Below, one piece after another: positions 17,895 through 26,407 of a stretch of 64,000 nt of DNA. This DNA is from a virus (lineage: Duplodnaviria; Caudoviricetes): IMG/VR virus record IMGVR_UViG_3300044825_002173, positions 1,134 to 65,133 of that record; one strand, written 5' to 3'. The translations under genes and the position numbers were made by a program. A model generated the notes under the pieces. That model had not been told where the DNA came from and searched no databases. It was given only the letters and a program-made list of their open reading frames with translations. Every line of letters begins with the position of its first letter. The first letter of the stretch is position 1.

Positions 17895-19021
17895 TATCTT
17901 ATAATTTCAATTTCATCATCATCAGTCCAAAGTTCTACTTTGGTCCTAAATCTATTTTCTTTTTTCAGTTTTTCATACCGTTTTGTTGCCTTCTTTTTCC
18001 ACCAAAAAATAATATTTTCAAGATAAAATTTATCCCAATTAGGTCCACGAATGAGTTCTTCTTGTTCACCAAGAATTACTTCACGAACATTTGAGTAACC
18101 ATACTCTGAGATATAAAATCTCTTCTTCTGCGTAAGATTAAAAGCAGTATCAATCACACAATTAAACTCATCAAGTTTCTCTTTATCTTGAAGAGAGTTT
18201 CGAATGATAGAAATCATCTTTGTCTGACGTTTCATCTTTTTAGATGATGCCTTGTTATCAGTCAACGGAGTATTATTATTCAAGTAAGTAAACCTATCAT
18301 GGAGTTTATGAAATATTTCATCATGGAGAAGTGGAAGAAATTTACTTTCAGTAAGACCCTTATATCTAATGAAAGGTTTGAGTCCATCATATTGAGATGC
18401 ATCTGTGGTAGAACCATAGAGAGAGGTAGTTTCAAAAAGAGCAATGTCTTTTTCAAATACTTCGTTAAGAGTCTCACGCGCAAAGTGAGAACAGCACATA
18501 AGTGCTAGAAGTTTTCCACCAAGATAGTTGTACCCAAAAGGTTGAGAAGGAACGATTACAAAACCCATCGCAGCGTGGCGATTAAAAATGGAAAGATCTG
18601 GAGTTTTACCCAACCATTCATTCCTAGGTTTTGAGTTGATTGTGGGAGAACCAAAGCGAATAAATCCAATAACCTTTTTCGTATTCTTCTCAAAAATAAC
18701 CCAACGCAATTCTCTACCAGGAATATTTGACTCGTTATTATGCGAAGATACCACCTTAAGCAAGGTGTTGTAATATTCTTGCGGAAGTGCTTGTTGAAAT
18801 CTATCTCCAACAAACTTGATATCAAACTCCATGTCATTAGGATGAATGTCTTCATTAAAGAACTCATCATGAAGAGGAACAATAGAGTTATTGGTTTTAA
18901 TAACTTCTTTCTTTACAAAACGCAGATAATCTTCAATATTTCCCATGTTAGAGAAATACTGAATAAATTCATTTGCAGACCATTGTGCATCTTGTTCAGA
19001 AATAATCATCGGAATTCGCAT
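17894..19021 (-). CDS. DUF4338/DruA-like protein
   Basis: PGRELRW...IGFIRFGSP...RNEWLG, GYNYLGGKLLAL and ETTSLYG...SQYDGL resemble DruA-family motifs. Confidence 0.7.
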   Translation of the reverse strand: MRIPMIISEQDAQWSANEFIQYFSNMGNIEDYLRFVKKEVIKTNNSIVPLHDEFFNEDIHPNDMEFDIKFVGDRFQQALPQEYYNTLLKVVSSHNNESNIPGRELRWVIFEKNTKKVIGFIRFGSPTINSKPRNEWLGKTPDLSIFNRHAAMGFVIVPSQPFGYNYLGGKLLALMCCSHFARETLNEVFEKDIALFETTSLYGSTTDASQYDGLKPFIRYKGLTESKFLPLLHDEIFHKLHDRFTYLNNNTPLTDNKASSKKMKRQTKMISIIRNSLQDKEKLDEFNCVIDTAFNLTQKKRFYISEYGYSNVREVILGEQEELIRGPNWDKFYLENIIFWWKKKATKRYEKLKKENRFRTKVELWTDDDEIEIIR

Positions 19022-19950
19022 TCACACATAATTTCAGTAAGTGCTGCTAAGAGGTTAATTTCTTGGTCAACCACGAACGCACATTGGTATTGATACTTAG
19101 CAATAACAAGAACGGCAGCAGGGATAGATTGGGGGAGTAAGCAATCATAAAGAGCGTCATAAACCCTGCGAAGAAGGTGAGAAGCATCGTTATCCAAGTT
19201 GGAGACCACCCACTTTCGGACTTCAGGAAAGTTTTTATCCTTGAGAAATTTAACAAGTTCATTTACAGAGATGTCAGAGAAAGATGCAAGAATGCCCGTG
19301 TCGATTTTTCCGCCCGTAGCGTACCTCTGACACTCGTTGAGAACACGTCTGAAATCAGGAAAGTGCTTTGATACAAGTTCCGCAAGGACTTTTTGATCAT
19401 ATTCAATTTTTTCTTGATCCAAAATCGTTTGGAGACGTTTAAAGAATGCTCCTGCAAGTTGTTGTTTCTGTTTCCCCTTGATTGTGAAATCGATGACTGC
19501 ACATCGAGAATGGAGGGGTTCGATGATCTTGTTCTTGTAGTTGCAGGTGAAGATGAATCGGCAGTTGTTATAAAATGCCTCAATATTTGCCCGTAGTAAG
19601 AGTTGTACGTCGTTTCCTGTGTTATCAGCTTCATCGATAATGATGACTTTGTGTTTAGAAGATCCCGTAAGTGAGACGGTCGAAGCGAAGTTCTTTGCTT
19701 GGTTCCGTACAGTATCCAAGAAACGTCCTTCGTCGGATCCGTTGATGACATAATAATCTGCTCCTAATTCGTTACATAGTGCCTTTGCAATTGTAGTTTT
19801 ACCAATACCAGGAGGTCCAGCAAGAAGAAGGTTTGGAATCTCGCCCTTTTCTACAAACTCCTTAAATGTTTTTTTAGTTTCATCAGGAAGAATACAATCG
19901 TCAATTACTTGAGGACGGTATTTTTCCGTGAGAAGAAATTCACTTGCCAT
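19006..19950 (-). CDS. gp44: clamp loader large subunit (AAA+)
   Basis: EKYRP, GPPGIGKTT, IIDEAD, PLHSRC, FPDFRR. Confidence 0.96.
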   Translation of the reverse strand: MASEFLLTEKYRPQVIDDCILPDETKKTFKEFVEKGEIPNLLLAGPPGIGKTTIAKALCNELGADYYVINGSDEGRFLDTVRNQAKNFASTVSLTGSSKHKVIIIDEADNTGNDVQLLLRANIEAFYNNCRFIFTCNYKNKIIEPLHSRCAVIDFTIKGKQKQQLAGAFFKRLQTILDQEKIEYDQKVLAELVSKHFPDFRRVLNECQRYATGGKIDTGILASFSDISVNELVKFLKDKNFPEVRKWVVSNLDNDASHLLRRVYDALYDCLLPQSIPAAVLVIAKYQYQCAFVVDQEINLLAALTEIMCECEFR

Positions 19951-19953
19951 AAT

Positions 19954-20469
19954 TTAATTTATCCACGAAGGTTTTCTTTCAGGCATTTTAAGGTAATTAT
20001 CAGACACCCAAGGTTTGGATGCGATGTACCTTTTGTATGCTTCAAATGTATCAATAGTGTCGTCAAACTTCCACTCCTCAGGCATAGCACGAGCAAATGG
20101 AGTCACTTCTGTAATCTTACCCTTTGGAAACAAGTAATATGCCTCCACAAGAGTTTTATAACAGGAGTGAATTTTATTATACCGCAGGCAGTATTCATCA
20201 GACAAGTTCAATCCCCATTTGATTAACCAGTAGGCATTATGGATACTTTCCATTGCCCACTTGGTACAGGGATGATTGCGGAATGCTCCTTTCTCGGTCT
20301 TGTAGGGGGTTCCATCTGCCTTAGGAAGAGTGCCGTACCCATACCCCCATTTCTCTGATGCCACGATAGAGAGCATCTGACAGCACTCTAGAGGCATCTT
20401 AACAATGTGTTTGTCGGGGAGACAAATGGCACTCTCAGCAGGCCAAGGCGATGTAACGAATATATTCAT
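19954..20469 (-). CDS. pyrimidine-dimer DNA glycosylase / DenV-related protein (putative)
   Basis: MNIF...DKHIVKMPLECCQMLS...NHPCTKW...EYCLRYNKIH...FARAMP family pattern. Confidence 0.65.
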   Translation of the reverse strand: MNIFVTSPWPAESAICLPDKHIVKMPLECCQMLSIVASEKWGYGYGTLPKADGTPYKTEKGAFRNHPCTKWAMESIHNAYWLIKWGLNLSDEYCLRYNKIHSCYKTLVEAYYLFPKGKITEVTPFARAMPEEWKFDDTIDTFEAYKRYIASKPWVSDNYLKMPERKPSWIN

Positions 20470-21131
20470 CCGAAAGTAGAATCAGGTTCCAGAGCAATAT
20501 AGTAGCATAGGTCGTGGTTCTTGGATTGGAACCGTGACAAAAGTTTTTGTGACACAATCACTTCATAAGTTCCAGGAAGGATCTTAATATTCTCCACCTT
20601 GAAGTTGAATACAAACTCACTGTCAGTTTCACCAACAACAATAGAAAAATCGTTGGAAGTATCATTCTTCTTATCACGGACAACCAGTTTCACAACACCT
20701 GCTTCACCAACAGCAGAAATGTCAGGAAGTTGATAAACAGCAGCTGCTTTTAGCAGTTTATCCATTTGCTCTGTAGACAGTTCAAAACAAACATCCTCGC
20801 TGGGAAGATTGATTGCTTTATCAGGAGGAGTAACAATCACACTAGGATCTGCAAAGAAATACTTGGATCGCATCTTACCTTCACGAATGACAACATAACC
20901 ATCATTCTCAAAGTCCAATTCAGGTGCTTTATGAAGACCAAGACCATTCAAGAACTGATTCAGATCATAAATTCCAAAATCCTTAGGAAATTGTTCGGTA
21001 ATCGTTGCTTCAGCAAGGATGTTTTTCATCACACTAATTGTTCGAAGTTTGTTTCCTTCCTTAAAAAGAATAGATTGATTGATGCCAGAAAAGTTCTTGA
21101 GAACCGAAAGAGTTTTATCGGATAGTTTCAT
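20466..21131 (-). CDS. gp45: sliding clamp
   Basis: MKLSDKTLSVLKNFSGINQSI...FGIYDLNQFL...YYIALE. Confidence 0.95.
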   Translation of the reverse strand: MKLSDKTLSVLKNFSGINQSILFKEGNKLRTISVMKNILAEATITEQFPKDFGIYDLNQFLNGLGLHKAPELDFENDGYVVIREGKMRSKYFFADPSVIVTPPDKAINLPSEDVCFELSTEQMDKLLKAAAVYQLPDISAVGEAGVVKLVVRDKKNDTSNDFSIVVGETDSEFVFNFKVENIKILPGTYEVIVSQKLLSRFQSKNHDLCYYIALEPDSTFG

Positions 21132-21136
21132 AATAA

Positions 21137-21490
21137 TCAGCGAAATTCAGAGAGACCATTTTCTTGACGATTATAGTGTCCGTCAAAGTGGAGAAGCAAC
21201 ATAGCATAGTGAATAACTTTCATCAAATCACGTTTGCTACGACCATCCTTATCTCCATAGCGAGAACCATATTTGATGATGTTTGCTTGACAGAAAGCAG
21301 AAGCAAGTTCTTTTGCTGCCATCAAATCAATTGTTTGAACATCTTTGTAATCTTGTTGATGTCCGCAGTAGTGACTTCCATAAGTACTCGTCACATAGTC
21401 CTGAATGTCTTTCAGGATTTTATCTTCATTGTATTTCCAAAGATGATTAGTAGATTCACTCATAGTAATAGTAAAAGTTGATTCAGTCAT
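21137..21490 (-). CDS. DUF3310-like protein
   Basis: HY...QTIDL...FCQANIIKYGSRYGDKDG...DLMKVIHY; start codon uncertain. Confidence 0.7.
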   Translation of the reverse strand: MTESTFTITMSESTNHLWKYNEDKILKDIQDYVTSTYGSHYCGHQQDYKDVQTIDLMAAKELASAFCQANIIKYGSRYGDKDGRSKRDLMKVIHYAMLLLHFDGHYNRQENGLSEFR

Positions 21491-21520
21491 AAAAAGAGGA
21501 GGCACTTTTTACCTCCTCAT

Positions 21521-21549
21521 ATTCTATCAGTTTGCTTGCCTATCGTCAA
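21521..21549 (-). promoter_or_regulatory. sigma70-like promoter
   Basis: TTGACG-N17-TAGAAT overlapping the cobS stop. Confidence 0.6.
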
Positions 21550-22645
21550 TATATTGTTCAGTCCGTTCAGGTTGTGACGGCATTTGGAAATCAGCATCTA
21601 CTTTATCATAAAGTTCAAGGAATGCTTGTTTGGTTTCATCATCAAAGCGGTTTACACACACTTGGATTGCCTTTGCTTTATCTTGGAAGATGCTATAGGC
21701 ACGGATGATATGAACCAAACGGCGGGTACTGATGATTTCCTCAATACCACCATCATAAAATGTTTTACGAATAATGTCACTCCAATCAACCAACCGCTTG
21801 CAGAAATCACGGTCTTCCACGCCAAGATCCAGAGCAACGCCTTCAAGGATCTTCTGCTCGGTGGCAGGAGCAGGATAGGACTGCTCAAAGGTCACGGGGA
21901 AACGTTCCAGGAATGCCTCATTGAGCACGTTGGTGCCGATGAACCTACCGTCATCAGAACCCTTGCCCTTAGTGTTTGCGGTGGCAATCACGTTGAATCC
22001 AGCAGCGGGTTTGACCCAGCGACCAATCTTCTTCAGGAAGACACCTTTACCCTCCAGAATGGATTGGAGACACAAGATTTTGTTGGAAGCAAGGTCAATC
22101 TCATCAAGAAGAAGAATCGCGCCACGCTCCAGTGCCTCAATCACAGGACCATTATGCCAGGCAGTATTTCCATCAACAAGACGGAAACCTCCGATAAGAT
22201 CGTCTTCATCAGTCTCAATAGTGATGTTAACACGAATCAATTCACGCTTAAGTTGAGCACACGCTTGCTCCACCGAGAACGTTTTACCGTTACCCGAAAG
22301 ACCCGTAATGAACGTAGGGTAAAAGAGACGGGACTGAATAATCTTTTTAATATCGTTAAAGTTACCAAACTTGACGAAGGTATCATCTTTATCAGGAATA
22401 AGGTTTTGCTCTACAGGAGGAACCACGGCAGGTGCTTGGAAAGTACGTTCGATTTCTTCTACCTTTTGTTGAGTTACTTCAAGATTCCATTTACCACGAC
22501 CGACTTTAAACGGTTCAAGTTTTTTAGTTACAGTCTGATAGTTAGAGTCATTCAGAGCACACCAAGCACGAATATCGGCACCAGTCACAGTGTTGCCGTA
22601 GAGTGCCTGAAGAGAAGTGCGGATGTAGTCGGAAGAGAGTGTCAT
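21527..22645 (-). CDS. cobS: CobS-like AAA+ ATPase (MoxR-type)
   Basis: GLSGNGKT, LLLDEIDL, ATANTKGKG, NEAFLERF, ISTRRL; likely start MTLSSDY. Confidence 0.9.
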   Translation of the reverse strand: MTLSSDYIRTSLQALYGNTVTGADIRAWCALNDSNYQTVTKKLEPFKVGRGKWNLEVTQQKVEEIERTFQAPAVVPPVEQNLIPDKDDTFVKFGNFNDIKKIIQSRLFYPTFITGLSGNGKTFSVEQACAQLKRELIRVNITIETDEDDLIGGFRLVDGNTAWHNGPVIEALERGAILLLDEIDLASNKILCLQSILEGKGVFLKKIGRWVKPAAGFNVIATANTKGKGSDDGRFIGTNVLNEAFLERFPVTFEQSYPAPATEQKILEGVALDLGVEDRDFCKRLVDWSDIIRKTFYDGGIEEIISTRRLVHIIRAYSIFQDKAKAIQVCVNRFDDETKQAFLELYDKVDADFQMPSQPERTEQYIDDRQAN

Positions 22646-22746
22646 TCGTTTGTTTTGTTTCAACCTAGTCATTATAAACGAAAAAGGGGTCCTCTTGTGA
22701 CCCACATGGTCAGTTCGCTAACTGGTCGTCGAATTTCTCAAGTAAA

Positions 22747-22896
22747 TCACTTCAATTCATAATCTGGATATTTTTCTCGAACTTTATCTCTAAATCTACC
22801 ATTAAATGATGGAGGATTTAGTTCTCTTTTTTGGGTGATAATTTTATTGTTGTGATCAATATTTAAAAGTTTATCGATGTTGTCAGTTTTTTTCAT
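22747..22896 (-). CDS. small hypothetical protein (49 aa)
   Basis: MKKTDNIDKLLNIDHNNKIITQKRELNPPSFNGRFRDKVREKYPDYELK*; ATGA coupling to the upstream gene. Confidence 0.55.
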   Translation of the reverse strand: MKKTDNIDKLLNIDHNNKIITQKRELNPPSFNGRFRDKVREKYPDYELK

Positions 22897-25082
22897 GCTA
22901 CCAATGAAATAAACTCACCAAGAACTTTTTTATTTAGTTTCTTAGTCTTCAAAGACTTGACAAAAGCAGATTTGATTTGTGCTTTGGTTGCACATTCATG
23001 AACATCAAACTCAGTGTCTTGAGCAAGTGCAGATGCAGACATACCAAAGTATGCATCATATCCAGAGTTGGTGATAGTAAAACTTTTCATTTTTTTCCAG
23101 TCACTTTGAATTTTTTCATACTGCTTATCAAGTTGCGAATGATAAAGTTGAATAAAACGACTTGCGTTACGGTTCTCAAGAACACGAATACCAATAAAGT
23201 TCATAGAAGAAAACTTATCCTTCAGGTTCTTCAGAAGAGCGTCAGTAAATGCATGATAACCATAACCAACACTATAGGTTGTTCCAAGTTTACGATCACG
23301 AAGAAATGTAGAACCAGGATAAGTATAACCAGTACCAAGAACAGGTTCTTTTGAGTAAGAACGACGAACTTCTTTGTGGTAAACAAGTTGATTTGCTTCA
23401 CCATCAGTAAGAACAATACACTGAACTTTCTGAAGTTTGTTTTCTTTTTGGAACTTAGGAAGAATTTGATGCAGAGCAATCAATGATTCATTCAAAGGAG
23501 TTCCGGACAAAGACATACGATGAGAGAAAGTATAAGGAGAACTATAAGTCCTACCAAAGCAATAAGCAAGACGCCAGATGTTAAGCAGTTGATGCTCCAG
23601 TTCTTTACCAGAAACTTTGCTTGTGAGAATATTCATCATTGTGAATGTTTCATCTACAAGCAATAGATTTTCCTTTTTCTTATAGTGAGGAGTGCGATCA
23701 GCCGCAAGATACCTATCATTCTCATAATCATATTCTCCACGACGCCATTCATTAGTGAAAGCATATACTTCAAAGGGAATAGAAACCTTCTTGCAGAACC
23801 AAACGAGATTGAAGAGTTGCTTGCAAGTATCAAGCATCACATCTCCCATAGAACCACTCCAGTCCAGTACAAATACAAGACCATGATTCTTTCCATCAGG
23901 AAGTACGGAAACTTTCTTGAATAGATCTTCATTATACTTGTAAGTGTGAAGACGGGAGGTATCAAGAACTCCAGTACGAGCAGTTGATGCACGAGCATAC
24001 TGATCTGCTGCTTTGCGACATTCAAACTCTTTCACTAGATAGTTGACTTCTTTCTGAGCAGAAGACTTGAACTTCCTAAACTCAGTATCAGATTCTTTAT
24101 AAAGATTTGTTGGAGTAATATTTTTTTCTTGTGACCAATCATTATGAATTTTTTGTTGATGAGCAAATGAGTTGTCAATATCTTTATGAACTTCAGAATT
24201 CTTAGCAATTACGGTGTCAAGATTCAATTGAGGAACTTCTACATAGGTATTTTCATAAGGATCATTTCCCACAAGATCACGAATCTTTTCTTCTAGAGAA
24301 TCTGCAGTGCGAACTTCAGGTTCATACTCATCACTAGAAGAATTTACTGGAGTTTGCTCTCCTTGAGCAGTTCCACCATAAGAACCATCATCCTCTTTTG
24401 GTTGTGGGTTATCACTCTCACCATCTTGTTCCGAAGAGGAGTCATTAGTCTCCACTATTTCATTGGCAGGAGACTGAGAGTTTCCTTGAGTTTCGTGCGT
24501 ATCAAAATCAGAAACTTTTTGTTCTTGCTCTTTTTCTTTCTTACAATACTTATAAAGTTCTTCAGCAGCAATCAGAACATCGGCAAAAGTTTCTGTTGCA
24601 GAAATCAAATTGACAATTTCTGATTCTTCACCATCTTCAATAGGAATATAAGTATAATTTCCAATTTTGAAAAGAAGATTTGCACGGTCAGCAAGATTAA
24701 ATTTAGAAATGTCTTCTTCTTTAATTTGAAAGAAGTCATCTTCGTTCAGTTCCTTATAACCATTGAAGAAAGTCTTAGCAAGACCTGCATACTTACGTTT
24801 CATTAATTTTTCAACGCGAACATCTTCTACAACGTTCACAAACTGAGCAGGAATCTTTACCGTATCTGTCCAATCCTCATCAGGTGTATAGAGAGCGTGA
24901 CCGACCTCATGACCCACCAGAAGGTCATATACAAGACCACTTGCCTTCTCCCATAGAGGAAGCGTAAGAACACGAGTATGGACGTTGAAGCAGGCAGTAG
25001 AGACCTTCTTGTGCTCTACCACCAAATCTTCAGTGGCAAGCAGTTTGGCAAGTTGAGATTTGATTTCGTGACGAACAGGCAT
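22893..25082 (-). CDS. metallopeptidase-like + vWA domain protein (CobT-like partner of CobS)
   Basis: HEVGHALYT and NVVEDVRVE at the N-terminus; MIDAS motifs LDWSGSM, SGTPL, LTDGE; likely start MPVRHEIK. Confidence 0.85.
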   Translation of the reverse strand: MPVRHEIKSQLAKLLATEDLVVEHKKVSTACFNVHTRVLTLPLWEKASGLVYDLLVGHEVGHALYTPDEDWTDTVKIPAQFVNVVEDVRVEKLMKRKYAGLAKTFFNGYKELNEDDFFQIKEEDISKFNLADRANLLFKIGNYTYIPIEDGEESEIVNLISATETFADVLIAAEELYKYCKKEKEQEQKVSDFDTHETQGNSQSPANEIVETNDSSSEQDGESDNPQPKEDDGSYGGTAQGEQTPVNSSSDEYEPEVRTADSLEEKIRDLVGNDPYENTYVEVPQLNLDTVIAKNSEVHKDIDNSFAHQQKIHNDWSQEKNITPTNLYKESDTEFRKFKSSAQKEVNYLVKEFECRKAADQYARASTARTGVLDTSRLHTYKYNEDLFKKVSVLPDGKNHGLVFVLDWSGSMGDVMLDTCKQLFNLVWFCKKVSIPFEVYAFTNEWRRGEYDYENDRYLAADRTPHYKKKENLLLVDETFTMMNILTSKVSGKELEHQLLNIWRLAYCFGRTYSSPYTFSHRMSLSGTPLNESLIALHQILPKFQKENKLQKVQCIVLTDGEANQLVYHKEVRRSYSKEPVLGTGYTYPGSTFLRDRKLGTTYSVGYGYHAFTDALLKNLKDKFSSMNFIGIRVLENRNASRFIQLYHSQLDKQYEKIQSDWKKMKSFTITNSGYDAYFGMSASALAQDTEFDVHECATKAQIKSAFVKSLKTKKLNKKVLGEFISLVA

Positions 25083-25161
25083 TAGTTTGTTGCGTATGAA
25101 ATCATTATACAAAAAAAAGAGGCCTTGCGACCTCCTAGTGGACAGTTTGAAAAGTGTCTTA

Positions 25162-26232
25162 TTACATTCCATACTTTTCAAAATCAGCTCGCGCATCTGC
25201 AGCTGCTTGCTTATGTTGATTTTGCCTATATTCTCCGGATTTCGATCTATTTTTTCTCGCCTGAGAAGTTGAATATTTTCTTTCAATAGGAGTATCTAAT
25301 TTATCTGCCACAATTCTAAGGACATCTCCACGATCACCGCCAAGTCTTTTTGCTTGTCTTTCTATTTTTCCTCGATTCATTCTTTTAAATCCTTCGTCTA
25401 AAACTTCCCCACACCACTCTTCACTCATATTCATAAGAATTACTTCAGCACCTTCAACAGTTTCGGCATATCCTTCATCAAGAAGATGTGAAAGGATGTA
25501 GTCATATTCCTCTTTACTGAGAGCACGTCTTCTAGCAGTAGATGCTCCAAGAGTGCGCCCAAGAGCACCTCCAGCGGCAGTAAGAACTTGAGTGTGACGT
25601 TTAACACCTTTATGAGTAGCAACTCTTGCTTGCCTTGCCAGTCTAGAATCACTTGCTGTATTTAAAGCATCAATTCCAGTTTTAACTGCTTTACCTACAG
25701 TTTGAGCGGTTTTTTTAGTCAATTCAATATCCTGCTTGGCTTTCTTAACAGCACCGCCAAGAGCAGCTCCAAGTCTTCCAGCAATTCCCATTCTAGTTTG
25801 AGTTGGAGTTGAGGAAGATGCTGGTTGTTTTGCTTGTGCGGATGCAACAGCACCTTCTCTTTTCTTAATTACACCAGAAACTCCACCAGAAATACCACCT
25901 CTTACGGTTCCACCATATTTTTTAATAGCTGCTTTTGTGGTGCTTTGCGGTCTGCTTCCCTTAGGTCCAACTAAAATTTTATTTTTCTTATCTGCCATTT
26001 TTTGGAGGCGAGTTTGAGATGCCTCTTCCAAATAAGACTCCTCTACAATTTCATCAACCCAATCAACAAACTCATCTTCACCAAGTTCTTCAATTAGAAT
26101 ATCAATTCCATACTCATTCAGACCCATCTCATAGAAATACTCAGTAGCAATTTCAACCTCTTCACTAATATACTGAGGTTGATAAACAGAAATATATGCT
26201 TCTGAAAGATTGCGAATGTCTTTTGCGTCCAT
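25162..26232 (-). CDS. late hypothetical protein with LLDEGYA module and basic core
   Basis: TATAAATA at 26253-26260; shares motifs with 6430..7587. Confidence 0.8.
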   Translation of the reverse strand: MDAKDIRNLSEAYISVYQPQYISEEVEIATEYFYEMGLNEYGIDILIEELGEDEFVDWVDEIVEESYLEEASQTRLQKMADKKNKILVGPKGSRPQSTTKAAIKKYGGTVRGGISGGVSGVIKKREGAVASAQAKQPASSSTPTQTRMGIAGRLGAALGGAVKKAKQDIELTKKTAQTVGKAVKTGIDALNTASDSRLARQARVATHKGVKRHTQVLTAAGGALGRTLGASTARRRALSKEEYDYILSHLLDEGYAETVEGAEVILMNMSEEWCGEVLDEGFKRMNRGKIERQAKRLGGDRGDVLRIVADKLDTPIERKYSTSQARKNRSKSGEYRQNQHKQAAADARADFEKYGM

Positions 26233-26252
26233 TGTTACAAATACTTTTTAGT

Positions 26253-26260
26253 TATTTATA
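26253..26260 (-). promoter_or_regulatory. T4-type late promoter
   Basis: Exact TATAAATA just after a terminator-like hairpin (GAAGCGTC...GGCGCTTC-TTTTT). Confidence 0.75.
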
Positions 26261-26393
26261 AAAAAGAAGCGCCTCGGTGATGGAGACGCTTCTTAAGTGC
26301 TTGTCTTCGGGATTTTGCTTGTCGCAATGCTTGTGGTTTAAGTTTTCGTTTTTGCTGTTTACCGGAGTTGTGTTGCCAGTTTGGAGTGTTCAT
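26256..26393 (-). CDS. small basic hypothetical protein (45 aa)
   Basis: MNTPNWQHNSGKQQKRKLKPQALRQAKSRRQALKKRL...; directly follows gp46. Confidence 0.6.
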   Translation of the reverse strand: MNTPNWQHNSGKQQKRKLKPQALRQAKSRRQALKKRLHHRGASFL

Positions 26394-26407
26394 TATTCTT
26401 AAGAGGT

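Noticed and set aside
21584-22762. 392-aa plus-strand ORF antisense to cobS
   Set aside because: It mirrors a well-conserved gene, has no recognisable motifs or SD, and is explained by codon bias on the coding strand.
25083-25286. N-terminal extension of the vWA/peptidase ORF in the track
   Set aside because: It overlaps the upstream gene and spans the terminator and promoter; the ATG at 25082 is the more plausible start.
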